Of a stretch of 51,411 nt of DNA, positions 8,600 through 17,900 are shown one piece after another. This DNA comes from a plasmid. Every line of letters starts with the position of its first letter. Positions within the stretch are counted from its first letter, which is position 1. The position numbers and the translations under genes are program-made. Below the pieces are notes generated by a model that did no database searches, was not told the DNA's origin, and saw only the letters and a program-made list of their open reading frames with translations. The stretch lies in the sequence record NZ_CP066773.1. One strand, 5' to 3'.

Positions 8600-9311
8600 G
8601 CTTCATTTCCTCCTGGTCCTTGAACCAATCGATGACGGTGTAATCGTCGTCGGCGACACGCCGAACGTAGGGTAGGGCGGCCGGCAAGATGAGCGCGGCC
8701 GGATCTCGGCCGGCGCGCTCCCACTCCCTGGCGAGAGTAGCGACCAACTTGCCGACCTGGACGCGGGTTGCGCCAAAGCCTGGTGTCTTGAACAGCGATT
8801 GGATCACCGCCTGCACCTCTTGCTCCGCCCGCGGCGAGCGGGCGAGTTGCCGGACGGCAGCGCGCCAGGTGTCAAAGCGCTGGTTGGTCATCCGCCAAGT
8901 CAGGCGGACGCCGCCGCCATGATTCCGATCGCGTGGCAGCCGCAGGAGTTCGTAGTCGTCCACGCGGATGCGCGTGGACGACTCCAGCGCATCGCGTAGC
9001 GGCTCCATCTGCCTGGCCGGGTGGTCACCATCGGACACGAGCAAGAACCAGTGCAGGGTCCCGTTCTTGGCCAGGTCGGCAAGGATCAGCCGGGCATTGC
9101 CCTTGCCAAGCCGCTTGCGGTAGGCGCGTTGGTCGCGGTTCAGCGCGACCTCATAGCGTTCCGCGAACTTTTGGCAGAACGCCAATGCCTTCTCGGCCGG
9201 AACTTGTGCGGCCGTGTAATGGCAATAGCCATGCCGGACAGAATCCAACAGGCGTTGCATTAGGAGCGTCTTGTATCGGATGACCAAAAAAGTTGTCGGG
9301 CGCATGCACAA
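8577..9311 (-). CDS. Hypothetical protein. The true start may be MQRLLDSV at about 9260.
   Basis: 244-aa ORF with high GC3, preceded by the 18-bp palindromic operator at 9316-9333. Confidence 0.5.
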   Translation of the reverse strand: MCMRPTTFLVIRYKTLLMQRLLDSVRHGYCHYTAAQVPAEKALAFCQKFAERYEVALNRDQRAYRKRLGKGNARLILADLAKNGTLHWFLLVSDGDHPARQMEPLRDALESSTRIRVDDYELLRLPRDRNHGGGVRLTWRMTNQRFDTWRAAVRQLARSPRAEQEVQAVIQSLFKTPGFGATRVQVGKLVATLAREWERAGRDPAALILPAALPYVRRVADDDYTVIDWFKDQEEMKHGQSEAA

Positions 9312-9315
9312 AAAG

Positions 9316-9333
9316 AGAGCGTGTACACGCTCT
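9316..9333. promoter_or_regulatory. Perfect 18-bp palindrome AGAGCGTGTACACGCTCT. Second copy of the operator seen at 6276-6293.
   Basis: Sequence is exactly self-complementary. Confidence 0.55.
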
Positions 9334-9339
9334 TATCTA

Positions 9340-10620
9340 GCGATCCACCGGAACGGTCTGACGACCATTCCGGCGGATCGATTCCAACATAATAAAAATC
9401 CAACCCAGGCAAAGGAATCCAGTCAGTTGGAACGCACCGCGTTCCAACCTGATTATAAGAGATTCCGCGCGAAGCGCGTGCGGCCAACATATCACGCTAC
9501 AATGTGATTGCTGACCGCCACAAGCGGCCCACGCGCGCAAGCATCACCTGCGTTGCCGAGGCCGCCACAAGCGGCCAGCAACGCAGCACGAGGGCGACCA
9601 ACCCTTTGCAGTACGCAGTACAGGACCGGTCGCCCGAAGTGGTAATTGCGCGCGAGCGAAATTACACGGATTGGGGGCAGACCACCGCGACGTTTTGGGG
9701 GCTGACCATCCCCAAAATTCCACTCACTTCACACGAAGCTGTAAGGCTCTAGATGCGGGCTTACCACCTGCGTCGAGTACGCCGAAGTCGTATGCGCGTA
9801 ATGGCGCTGGTACGACTACGACGAGCGCTGGACGGTGTAACTCCGTCCTTCGACTCAATCCCCGGGAGGGGCGAGTTTGGGCGACACGGAAACGGGCTCA
9901 GCGAGGAAATGCGCTGAGTTCCTGTGTAGCGTGAAAGCGGTAGACGGTGGCTGTCTGCACCGTCGTTAGCACCGCCCAGGGGCTGCGGGAGACCGTAGAA
10001 CCTGTGCCACACACGTAGGCTGCTGAGGCGTTCCGAAAGGGCGCAGGCGTGCAAGGGGAAACCTGGCGCACGCGGCACCTACCGGCGCAAGCTGGTGGGG
10101 TCGCTGTATAGCTTAAGCGTGTAAATGCGGCCGAAGAGGTCGCTATGTGGTGGGGCATCAAGCCTGTCTGAAGACGAAGCTGTTGAAGGCACAACAGGTA
10201 AGCGAGCCGCTTTGGAATCTCGGGCCGCTGAAAACCTAATGGGTGAGAGGGAACACCTCACTGTTGTTGCTGGAGGCGCAGGCGTGAAGTCCTGGCGCGC
10301 AGTTTGGCGTCAGTAGCGTTGCACTAACGTGGGAATCGCTAAGGCCATAACCGGGCTGGTAACCCGGTGGCTATGCGAGGGAGAGTGGTTGAGTAGGGCC
10401 GCGTGGCGCAAGCCACGTAGCTGTTTGTCGCGATTCGTCTGAAGCGCAAACAGCAGGCGCAAGCCTGTCCGAAAGACTGCGGCGTACGCAAGTGTGAAGT
10501 TAGCGGGGTGGTTCCCGCGGTGGTTGTTGGAACGGGCGCGGCTGGTACCCGCGCCCGGACCGAATGGGTAATTCGGTGTCCTCCAACGTGTAATTGAACC
10601 CTTGAAAAAGGAGCTACGAA
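9340..10620 (+). ncRNA. Candidate large structured non-coding RNA or ribozyme remnant (hypothesis only). About 1.3 kb with no credible ORF and very dense hairpins. One hairpin at about 9776-9812 resembles group II intron domain V.
   Basis: No frame shows the GC3 bias seen in neighbouring genes. Hairpins: ttggaacgc/gcgttccaa, ctcagcg/cgctgag, gggcgcgg-ctggtac-ccgcgccc, ccggg-ctggtaa-cccgg, accgaat/attcggt, ggacgg/ccgtcc. The loop CTGGTA(a/c) recurs. agtcgtatgcgc-gtaatg-gcgc(tg)gtacgact has the 7-bp lower stem, 2-nt 3'-side bulge, 4-bp upper stem and CGTATGCG...GTACG sequence typical of domain V (GAGCCGTATGCG...GTACGGTTC). Confidence 0.3.
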
Positions 10621-10621
10621 G

Positions 10622-11011
10622 ATGGCAATTGCCAACACCCGGCCGGGCGGATACCCGGCATCGGCAACGGCACCGCCTAGCGGTGCCGGCGTCAGTCTGC
10701 AAGCCAGCGCAGTGAGCTGGAGTCAAACCGATAGCAGTTGGATCGGCAGGCAGTTCGGTCGCCCGTATGGGGCCGGTGGCAGCAAAAACGACAGTCCACC
10801 ATGGCTGTCTCGGCACGCTGATCGCGGTTGGATCAGCGGTCAAATCAGTCCCGCCGTATGGACTGATTGCAGTACAGCAGTGGGCGCCTCGGCGCCGAAA
10901 AGTCAACCCGGCAGCAATCAGGCCGGTGGGAATGGCAGCGATGTTTTCGCTGTCGGCAAACAGTGGTCCGGCGCTACCGCGTCGTGCTCGCTGTGGCAAT
11001 CCGGGCGTTGA
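10622..11011 (+). CDS. Questionable ORF: Gly/Ser/Trp-rich 129-aa protein with a strong Shine-Dalgarno (AAGGAG, 7 nt spacing) but weak GC3 bias.
   Basis: RBS gaaaaaggagctacgaagATG; 7 Trp in 129 aa; no TM segment or signal peptide. Confidence 0.25.
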   Translation: MAIANTRPGGYPASATAPPSGAGVSLQASAVSWSQTDSSWIGRQFGRPYGAGGSKNDSPPWLSRHADRGWISGQISPAVWTDCSTAVGASAPKSQPGSNQAGGNGSDVFAVGKQWSGATASCSLWQSGR

Positions 11012-11170
11012 CCTGGAGAGTCAGTTGTCAAACGGGCCACAAGCCCGCGTCAGGGTCGATGGTGTGGGAAACCATCGTCTTGCAGTACGGCCGTAGACCG
11101 TTATCTACCCGGTCCAGTGGTGATGCCCTATGGCGGATCTGCTGTGCTCTATTTGCAGTTGACTGGCCTA

Positions 11171-11199
11171 AACCAGAGGGGGATTTCCCCCTCTGGTTT
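11171..11199 (+). terminator. Hairpin aaccagaggggg-atttc-cccctctggtt just upstream of the coupling-protein gene. Terminator or attenuator-like.
   Basis: Perfect 12-bp inverted repeat followed by tcaccgttttct. Confidence 0.35.
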
Positions 11200-11229
11200 C
11201 ACCGTTTTCTAACAAGATGAGGTAGACGT

Positions 11230-12969
11230 ATGCTCGGACACCTTGGAATGCACGCATGGGTCGGCAAGGCAATCATGGCCCTGCTGGCGTGGTCGAGTCC
11301 GTGGTATTGGGTCGTGCTCGCCGTGGCGTTGGCCACGGTCGGACTGCTGCATCCCGTGCCGTGGACATTGAAGGACGACGAGGACTCATTCGTCGCTCAT
11401 CTTGTGTTGTGGGTCCGCAAAGCGGCGGCATACACCGCGCTTTGGGGCATCTTGGCGATACCGTTGTTGGTGTATTGCAGCTTCGTTCTCTCGGCTGACA
11501 CGTCTTCTGGGCAAGCGTCTAGCGTGTTCCTGGAGTGGGGCGCTGATCGTCTGGGCCGCTACTGGATGATGGTCGCGGGAGCGTTCGTGGTTGGCCTGGC
11601 GCTGCGTTTCCTGTGGGACCGCTACGCTGTTCCAGTGCTTTCAAAGTATTGGCGATCGCTTCGCATCGAGCAGGAGACTGACAAGTTGGTCGATGCACGG
11701 GAGGAAGTCGCCACGCTCAAGGCGAAGGAGTTCAAGCCGGAAGATTACTTTGTCGACGGCAAAATCTTCTACGGCTTGGACGATGATGGCCAGCCGATTT
11801 ACTTCGATTTGGACAGGTTCCGCACGACGCACCACGCCATCCTCGGCCCGACGAACTATGGCAAGGGCATCGTGCTGCAGAGCATCTTCAAGCAGTGCAT
11901 CCGGTTTGGTTTCGGCATTTTTTACGTCGATCCGAAGGGCGACAACTGGCTGCCCTACCTGCTGCAGAACGAAGCGAAGGCGGCCGGCCGCCGCTTCGTC
12001 TATCTCGATTTGAATCCGGAAGGGCGTGGCGTTTGGCATCCGTTCCTGGGCGGCGCATTCCGCCAACGACGCACGCGCATCGTGCGCGCGTTCAACCTGG
12101 AATCTTTCGGCACGGACGCCGATGTGCACAAGGCGAAGGAGCGCGGGCTGCTCGATGACGCGCTCGAAGGCACTGACGGCACGATCAAATCGCTGTTGGA
12201 ATACGTGAAAAAGAACGCCGAAACAGGGCGCGACAACCTGTCGACCTTGCGCGATTCCTTGCGTGAATGGTCGCGTGTCGACACGTTCTCACAGTCCGTG
12301 AAGCGCAAAGGCCATTCGATCGAACAGTGCCTGATGAACAACGCGATTGTGTATGTGCGTGGTGACCTGGCCGACCCGGTGATTAAGGCCGCGACCAAGG
12401 CATACATATCGGAGCTGGTGACGGAAATTAAGCGGCTCGATGCAACGCGGCCGGCGCACGTTGTGCTCGGCATTGACGAGCTGAAGTTCCTGGCCTGCGC
12501 GGAAATCAATGAGGCGCTGGCCACGATCCGACAGCACCAGTGCAACATGCTGCTGGCCGCGCAGTCGATTGCGAACCTGGAAGCACCGGACGACAAGCGG
12601 CTCGATGGTAAGGCGCTGGCACGGGAATTCGAGGTCAACACGCCGATCAAGTTCGTTTACCGCGCTGCTGACGAGCGCACTGCCGAGTGGGCGGAAAACC
12701 TGTCGGCGGGGCAATGGCTCAATGTGGTGCAACGCGAGCAGACGAAGGCGAACAAACACGGGGGCGAGCAGTGGGAAGCGAATCGGACGGTTGGCAAGGA
12801 GGAACAGCCGGTCGTTTCGCGCAACACGTTGCTGAATCTGCCTGAGCGCATCGCCATTGCTTACATGCCAGGCCGGATTGCTTCCAAGCTGTACACCTGC
12901 CACACGCAAATTGACAACAGTGTCGCATCGTGGAAAAAGCCGGAGGAAGACACGACGATGGCGGCATAG
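11230..12969 (+). CDS. traG: Type IV coupling protein (VirD4/TraG/TraD family).
   Basis: Three N-terminal TM helices. Walker A HAILGPTNYGKG (compare VirD4 APTRSGKG). Walker B VVLGIDELKFL. 579 aa. Confidence 0.7.
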   Translation: MLGHLGMHAWVGKAIMALLAWSSPWYWVVLAVALATVGLLHPVPWTLKDDEDSFVAHLVLWVRKAAAYTALWGILAIPLLVYCSFVLSADTSSGQASSVFLEWGADRLGRYWMMVAGAFVVGLALRFLWDRYAVPVLSKYWRSLRIEQETDKLVDAREEVATLKAKEFKPEDYFVDGKIFYGLDDDGQPIYFDLDRFRTTHHAILGPTNYGKGIVLQSIFKQCIRFGFGIFYVDPKGDNWLPYLLQNEAKAAGRRFVYLDLNPEGRGVWHPFLGGAFRQRRTRIVRAFNLESFGTDADVHKAKERGLLDDALEGTDGTIKSLLEYVKKNAETGRDNLSTLRDSLREWSRVDTFSQSVKRKGHSIEQCLMNNAIVYVRGDLADPVIKAATKAYISELVTEIKRLDATRPAHVVLGIDELKFLACAEINEALATIRQHQCNMLLAAQSIANLEAPDDKRLDGKALAREFEVNTPIKFVYRAADERTAEWAENLSAGQWLNVVQREQTKANKHGGEQWEANRTVGKEEQPVVSRNTLLNLPERIAIAYMPGRIASKLYTCHTQIDNSVASWKKPEEDTTMAA

Positions 12970-13442
12970 CAACCAGGCGGCTCGCCAGGTGCGCATGCAC
13001 CTGGTGCGCGGCGCCGCCGGCGGTGCGCATGGTTCGGTGCCGGCACAGCCGGCGCTGAACCGGGCGAGCCGCGCGCCTCTGTCTCTGCCATGGCCGCACC
13101 TGGTGGCCACCGTCAGAAATATCCCGTTCCGCACGCCAGTTGCGCGATAGTGCGGCTGGCAACGGCGATGGCTTCTAGCGTCTTCCTGGAATATGAACGA
13201 ACAAAGGGCGGGAACCGAAAGGTTCCCGCCCTTTGTTTTGGCCTGGCGCCGCACGCCCGGCGCGGCCGCAAGGCGGAGGCGCCGGGTTGGGGCACCGCAG
13301 GTGCCACGAGCTGGGGCGCCGGCGGCCGCCGGCGTCTCAGCTGGGCGGCCGCGCGATCCAGGCATGACGGCTGCCTGATCCTACGGCGGCACCTCGGGCG
13401 GTCGCGTTTCAAAGGGACATACGAAATCGAGCGCAAAGCCCA

Positions 13443-14246
13443 TCACCGCCTCCGCTCGGCCGCGAGCGCGGCCGGGTAGTGCTTGGCCAAGATGAGATTG
13501 AGCTTGTCCACCAGATCGGGCCGCTTGAACGTGGCATGCCCGTTCCCGTTCTTGAACCAGCGCAAATGCAGATAGGCGTTTTCGGCTTCTCTGCGCCTTT
13601 CGTGCCGCGCGCCGGAAATCAGCGCGTGCATGCCGTTCCTGTGGTCCGCTTCGGGCTGGCCGTCGAGCACGTGGAAGACGCGCATCAGATCGTCCAGTTC
13701 GTTCGTCGCGCGGCTGCCTGCATAGCCGCCTGTCATCAGGCCCGTCACGATGACCCGCTTGCCGAACTTGAATGGCTGATTGGTTTTGTAGTCCCAAGAA
13801 AGTCGGCGGAAGCATTGCAGGACGCCGCGCTCGAACATGTCGCCGCGCGCCTCGTAGAGTTGACCGAACGTCGCCTCGATGTTGGCGGCGGTCAGTTCAG
13901 GCACCTCGCCCTCGGCAATCTGTTTTGCCCACGTATCGCGGGCCGTGGCATCCATCAAGGTGCGCAGCCCGGACTCCTGAAGCAGGTAATTCCAGCCCTC
14001 GGCGTCGATGGTGTGCAGGATGCAGGTTTCCGCCTCGTCACGCTTCGCGTAGTCGCCCGTCACGCACACGGTGCCGCGCCTCGAATAGCTGTTGTCAATG
14101 ACGAGGCGCGGAAAGCCGATATGCGCGCCGCTGGCCAGCTTCTGGGCCTCGCCCAGCAGGTCCAGCGCTTGGCGCACACGTTCCACCACTGCCGCGCGCT
14201 GGCTCGCCAGATTGGCGATGCTGACGCTCTTTACCAAGTCGCTCAT
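13443..14246 (-). CDS. Hypothetical protein (conserved ICE backbone-like). Start placed at MSDLVKSV.
   Basis: 268 aa with high GC3; no recognisable motif. Confidence 0.45.
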   Translation of the reverse strand: MSDLVKSVSIANLASQRAAVVERVRQALDLLGEAQKLASGAHIGFPRLVIDNSYSRRGTVCVTGDYAKRDEAETCILHTIDAEGWNYLLQESGLRTLMDATARDTWAKQIAEGEVPELTAANIEATFGQLYEARGDMFERGVLQCFRRLSWDYKTNQPFKFGKRVIVTGLMTGGYAGSRATNELDDLMRVFHVLDGQPEADHRNGMHALISGARHERRREAENAYLHLRWFKNGNGHATFKRPDLVDKLNLILAKHYPAALAAERRR

Positions 14247-14257
14247 GATGGGTCTCG

Positions 14258-14482
14258 CTAGATCGTGGCTGCGGTCTTGTAGTCGGGATGAAAAATGCCG
14301 ACGCTGTACGCGAGCGAATCGCGCGCACGGCACACAGCCTGGTCATGGTTGCCGCGCGCCATCAGGTCGCGCGCATCGAGCAGGCACAGTGCGGCGCTGC
14401 TTTGCATGGCCGCCGTCGTGGTTTCCAGGTTTCGCGCGGCGAGGTTGATTGCGCGGGTAGCATCGTCTTGGGACTTGAGCAT
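14258..14482 (-). CDS. Hypothetical small protein (start MLKSQDD).
   Basis: 75-aa ORF in operon orientation. Confidence 0.35.
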   Translation of the reverse strand: MLKSQDDATRAINLAARNLETTTAAMQSSAALCLLDARDLMARGNHDQAVCRARDSLAYSVGIFHPDYKTAATI

Positions 14483-14545
14483 GGTGTTTCCCTGCGGTGA
14501 TGGGGCAGATGACAGCCCCGGCACGCTGGCCGGGGCCAGAGACGT

Positions 14546-14779
14546 TCAGCATTGCCAGTTCGCGCGCAAGCCGCGCCAGTCTCGGGCCACAAAGCCCGTG
14601 GCCGACTCCAGCGCGGCGGCCACGGCTTCGGCGCGTTGGTCCGTCGAGTGGCGGCGGATCGCTGCGGCAAACTCGGGCAAGGTCAGCCGGGAACCCCAGC
14701 GCACGAGGTAGCCGCATGCTGTGATGGCGTGGCGGATCAGTTCGTTTTTGTCGGACTTGGCTGCGGTGGTCTTGGTCAT
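14546..14779 (-). CDS. Hypothetical small protein.
   Basis: 77-aa ORF in operon orientation. Confidence 0.35.
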   Translation of the reverse strand: MTKTTAAKSDKNELIRHAITACGYLVRWGSRLTLPEFAAAIRRHSTDQRAEAVAAALESATGFVARDWRGLRANWQC

Positions 14780-14876
14780 GATTGGTCTTCAATAGATTGT
14801 GGCTTGCGTGGTCCGAGCCCTCGGCTCGGACCACCTTTGTCGGGTTGCCCGCGCGAGCGGGCGGGGCCGTCTTTTT

Positions 14877-16748
14877 CTAAGGCGTAGCGCTGGCTTGCAG
14901 GACGGAGGGCAGCCAGCGCTTGCCCGCGAGCGCGCGCGCGGCGGCCTCCACCATTTGCCCCTTCTTCATCGCGGCGAGCGGTGCCGCCTCGGCGGCACCG
15001 ACGCCTTCCGTGACTGCGGCCAGCACTTGTGCCTTGGGCACGTGCGACAAGTAGCTCTCGGTGGTGGCTTCCCACCAGTCGGCCATGTCGAGCGCGACGG
15101 ATTGCGCGATCACATCGGTTTCGTGCTCGCCCGCGCGCGGCTGGATGCCGTTCACTGTCACGGCAGTGCAGAAGGCCAGCAGCGACAGCAGTTCGTCGCG
15201 CGGCATCGCCAGAAGCACCGGCCACAGCGCATCGAGTTCTTCCGGCAGGCGGGTCTTCCAAGCTTCGCTTGCGGCCTCGATCTGCTGCCACGCGCGCGAG
15301 GTTTCGATGCTGGCATCAGCCTGTGTGACGGTGTAGCGCATGTCGGTGGTGCGCACGCCGACCGCGTTGGCACGCCAATAGCGTTCCGACCACAGCGACG
15401 AAACCAGCCCATAAGCGAGCGTGGCGAGCGCAACATCGGTGCGCTCGATCAGCACCGCCTGCAGGGCCGTGGTGCGTTGTGCGGTCAGGGCGCGGGTGAG
15501 CTTTTCTGAAAGGGTGGGTGCGGGTGCAGCGTCGGTGCCGTCACCGTCACCGGATGCGGCGCGCGTGGCGGCGCGCTCGATCTTGGCAGCGGCCTTGCGG
15601 TCTTCCGGCTTGATCGCGCCGCGCAGAATCTTGACGGTGTTGTGCTGGAAGAGAACGACAACGCCCGCAAGACTCTTGTCGGCCACGACCTGCATCTGGT
15701 CGCTCAGGTCGCTCAATTCGCTTTCGATCTTGTCCCACTCGTCAGACAGCGCCGCATACGCCTCGGATTCTTCCTCGCCTCGTTCCTCCATGCTGCCCAT
15801 GTCGCGCTCGATCTTGGCTTTGCGGGTATCCAGCTTCTTGATCGCGGCGGCTTCCTTCTTGGTCGGTTCGCGCAGGGTTGTCGGAGCGTGGCCGAAAGCG
15901 TCCATATCGCTGTAGCTCGGATTCAGCAGCGCCAGCGCCCATGCCCAGCCCTCGGCGGTGCGGATCGCCTCGGCCTCTGCGCCCATCTTGCCCAGCGCCA
16001 TATCCCGCACGAGCGCACCGTCAAGCCAGTAGGCAGCGGACTGGAACAAGTCCACCTGCATGCGCCCACCCGCAGCGAGATAGGCATCCTTGCCGACATA
16101 GGCGGCGAGGGGGCTGTCCGAGCGCACGGTGTCCTGTCCGAGCAGCGCGCGGCGCAGCTTTTCCGGCGTGCGCTCATGGTGAGGCTGAAACTTCCACACC
16201 TGTTCTTGCGCCGCGTGATCGTCCGTGACGGTCATAGCCATCAGTTGTTCAAGCGACATATCGTCAGCGCGATAGGCGGCGATCAGCGCGGGCGACACCT
16301 TGGCCAGCTTCAGGCGCCGCTCCACGACAGCGGGCGTGACGCCGTAGCGCGCTGCCACGTCCTCGATGCTGGTGCCGGCGTCCACCATCCTGCGGAAGGC
16401 TTCATATTCGTCGGCGGGGTGCATGTCTTCGCGCTCGATGTTCTCCGCCGTGGACAGTTCCAGTGCCTCCGCTTCGCTCTCCGCCAGCAGGCACAGCACT
16501 TCATGATCGGCATCGATCGCGCCTTGATCGCGCAGCAGTTCCAGAGCGGCGCGGCGCCGACGCCCTGCGGCGACGGGATAGCAGGTCTTGCGGCCCTTTT
16601 TGACTTCGGTGACGACCAGCGGGTGCATGAGGCCATGCACGCGGATAGTCGCGGCAAGCGCCGGGATGTTCGGCAGTTCGCCGGTGCGCACGTTGGCGTC
16701 GGAATCGACAAGGCAGGACAGGGGGACGGTAATCAGGTTGCGTTGCAT
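14877..16748 (-). CDS. Large ParB-like nuclease-domain protein (ParB/KorB N-terminal domain plus a long C-terminal extension).
   Basis: N-terminus VPLSCLVDSDANVRTGE...HGLMHPLVVTEV...GRRRRAALELL...LAESEAEALELSTAENIERED matches ParBc box motifs. 623 aa. Confidence 0.75.
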   Translation of the reverse strand: MQRNLITVPLSCLVDSDANVRTGELPNIPALAATIRVHGLMHPLVVTEVKKGRKTCYPVAAGRRRRAALELLRDQGAIDADHEVLCLLAESEAEALELSTAENIEREDMHPADEYEAFRRMVDAGTSIEDVAARYGVTPAVVERRLKLAKVSPALIAAYRADDMSLEQLMAMTVTDDHAAQEQVWKFQPHHERTPEKLRRALLGQDTVRSDSPLAAYVGKDAYLAAGGRMQVDLFQSAAYWLDGALVRDMALGKMGAEAEAIRTAEGWAWALALLNPSYSDMDAFGHAPTTLREPTKKEAAAIKKLDTRKAKIERDMGSMEERGEEESEAYAALSDEWDKIESELSDLSDQMQVVADKSLAGVVVLFQHNTVKILRGAIKPEDRKAAAKIERAATRAASGDGDGTDAAPAPTLSEKLTRALTAQRTTALQAVLIERTDVALATLAYGLVSSLWSERYWRANAVGVRTTDMRYTVTQADASIETSRAWQQIEAASEAWKTRLPEELDALWPVLLAMPRDELLSLLAFCTAVTVNGIQPRAGEHETDVIAQSVALDMADWWEATTESYLSHVPKAQVLAAVTEGVGAAEAAPLAAMKKGQMVEAAARALAGKRWLPSVLQASATP

Positions 16749-16813
16749 GATGGGTATCCAATGAGAGAAGAGGGAAAGCGGCCAGCGCCCGCCCGGGCGC
16801 TGGCCGCGATGGG

Positions 16814-17641
16814 CTAGGCCTTGAGCTTGCGCATTTCCTCAGCGAGCACCCACAGGGCGCGATTGAGCTTGACGCCCTGGTCAATGCCGTTCACGGCGCG
16901 CGTGGTGGTGCGCTTGCCGGTCGCATTGCGACCGCGCACACCGCCCTTGATGATGTTTTCTTGCACGCGGTTGAACGTGGTCCACAGGTCGGGCGCGCGA
17001 TCATCCATGCGGCGGACGCTCAGCAGGTCGGTATCGGTGATGGGAGCGGGTGCCACGGTTTCGTCGTAGCGCAGGGCGAGCGCGGCACGCGCGAAAGCCT
17101 GCTGCTCGCCGCCGTTGAGCGTGAGCGCCTTCATGCCGTCGCGCTGCGTGTCCACAGCCTCGAACGTATCGAGCACGGTGAATGCGCCCTCGATGACTTG
17201 ATCGATCACGTTGCCCTTGTGCGGGATACGGATGTCCGCGAAGTCGTCGCCAACCACCAAGCCGTTAGAGCAGATGAAGCGATGAACACCGGCCCGCATC
17301 TGGTAGGCGCTCGATCCATCGTGGCTGTTGAGCAGGACGATTTCGTTTACCTCTTGCCCCACGTCGACCACGTGGTCGACATGGCGCAGGCGCAACAGGT
17401 GTTTGGTGTGCTCGCGCTTGCCATCGTCGCGCACGCGGGTCTGCATTGCCATGTACGGCTGAAAACCTTCCTTGCGCAGGCCGTTCAGCACGTCGATGGT
17501 GGGAATGTAGGTATACCGATCGGAGCGGCTTTCGTGCTTGCCGTCCGCGAAGATGGAGGGCGCAACGCGGCGGATGTCGTCATCGGCCAGCGGGGTCTTG
17601 GAGCGCACGACGTTGGCATTGCGCAGCGACAGGTAAGACAT
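16814..17641 (-). CDS. DUF932-family protein (phage/plasmid-like, common ICE backbone gene).
   Basis: N-terminal LADDDIRRVAPSIFADGKHESRSDRYTYIPTIDVLNGLRKEGFQPYMAMQ matches the DUF932/TIGR03299-type signature. 275 aa. Confidence 0.55.
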   Translation of the reverse strand: MSYLSLRNANVVRSKTPLADDDIRRVAPSIFADGKHESRSDRYTYIPTIDVLNGLRKEGFQPYMAMQTRVRDDGKREHTKHLLRLRHVDHVVDVGQEVNEIVLLNSHDGSSAYQMRAGVHRFICSNGLVVGDDFADIRIPHKGNVIDQVIEGAFTVLDTFEAVDTQRDGMKALTLNGGEQQAFARAALALRYDETVAPAPITDTDLLSVRRMDDRAPDLWTTFNRVQENIIKGGVRGRNATGKRTTTRAVNGIDQGVKLNRALWVLAEEMRKLKA

Positions 17642-17699
17642 GGTGAATCTCCTTTAGAGGTTGTTGAGAGCGATCCTCTCGCTCGGACCTTCCTCGCTC

Positions 17700-17900
17700 C
17701 CGCCCCTGGGGGCGGGCGGGGGGTGGGGAGATAAGCCCCTTCCCTCACGGGAAGGGGTTGGGGAAGGGTGGGGTGATGGCAGCGTGAGACACAGCCTGTC
17801 GGCCGCGTCGTCAAAGCATCCCCCCACAAGTCCCCCTCACCCCAGGTGCGGGGGTTGTGGGGGGATGCAGACGCGGCTGACGGGCTGTGTGCTGCCGGTT
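17700..17900 (+). promoter_or_regulatory. G/C-tract region upstream of the DUF932 gene with G-quadruplex potential and hairpins: ggggtggggag, ggggttggggaagggtggggtg, hairpin cccttccc-tcac-gggaaggg, and inverted repeat catccccccacaa...ttgtggggggatg.
   Basis: Four G-runs within 22 nt, plus perfect 8- and 13-bp inverted repeats. Confidence 0.4.

Noticed and set aside
9340-11230. Decayed relaxase pseudogene in the position where Tn4371-like elements carry their relaxase.
   Set aside because: None of the short ORFs in any frame shows relaxase-like motifs or even protein-like composition. Left as an alternative to be tested by tblastx rather than called.
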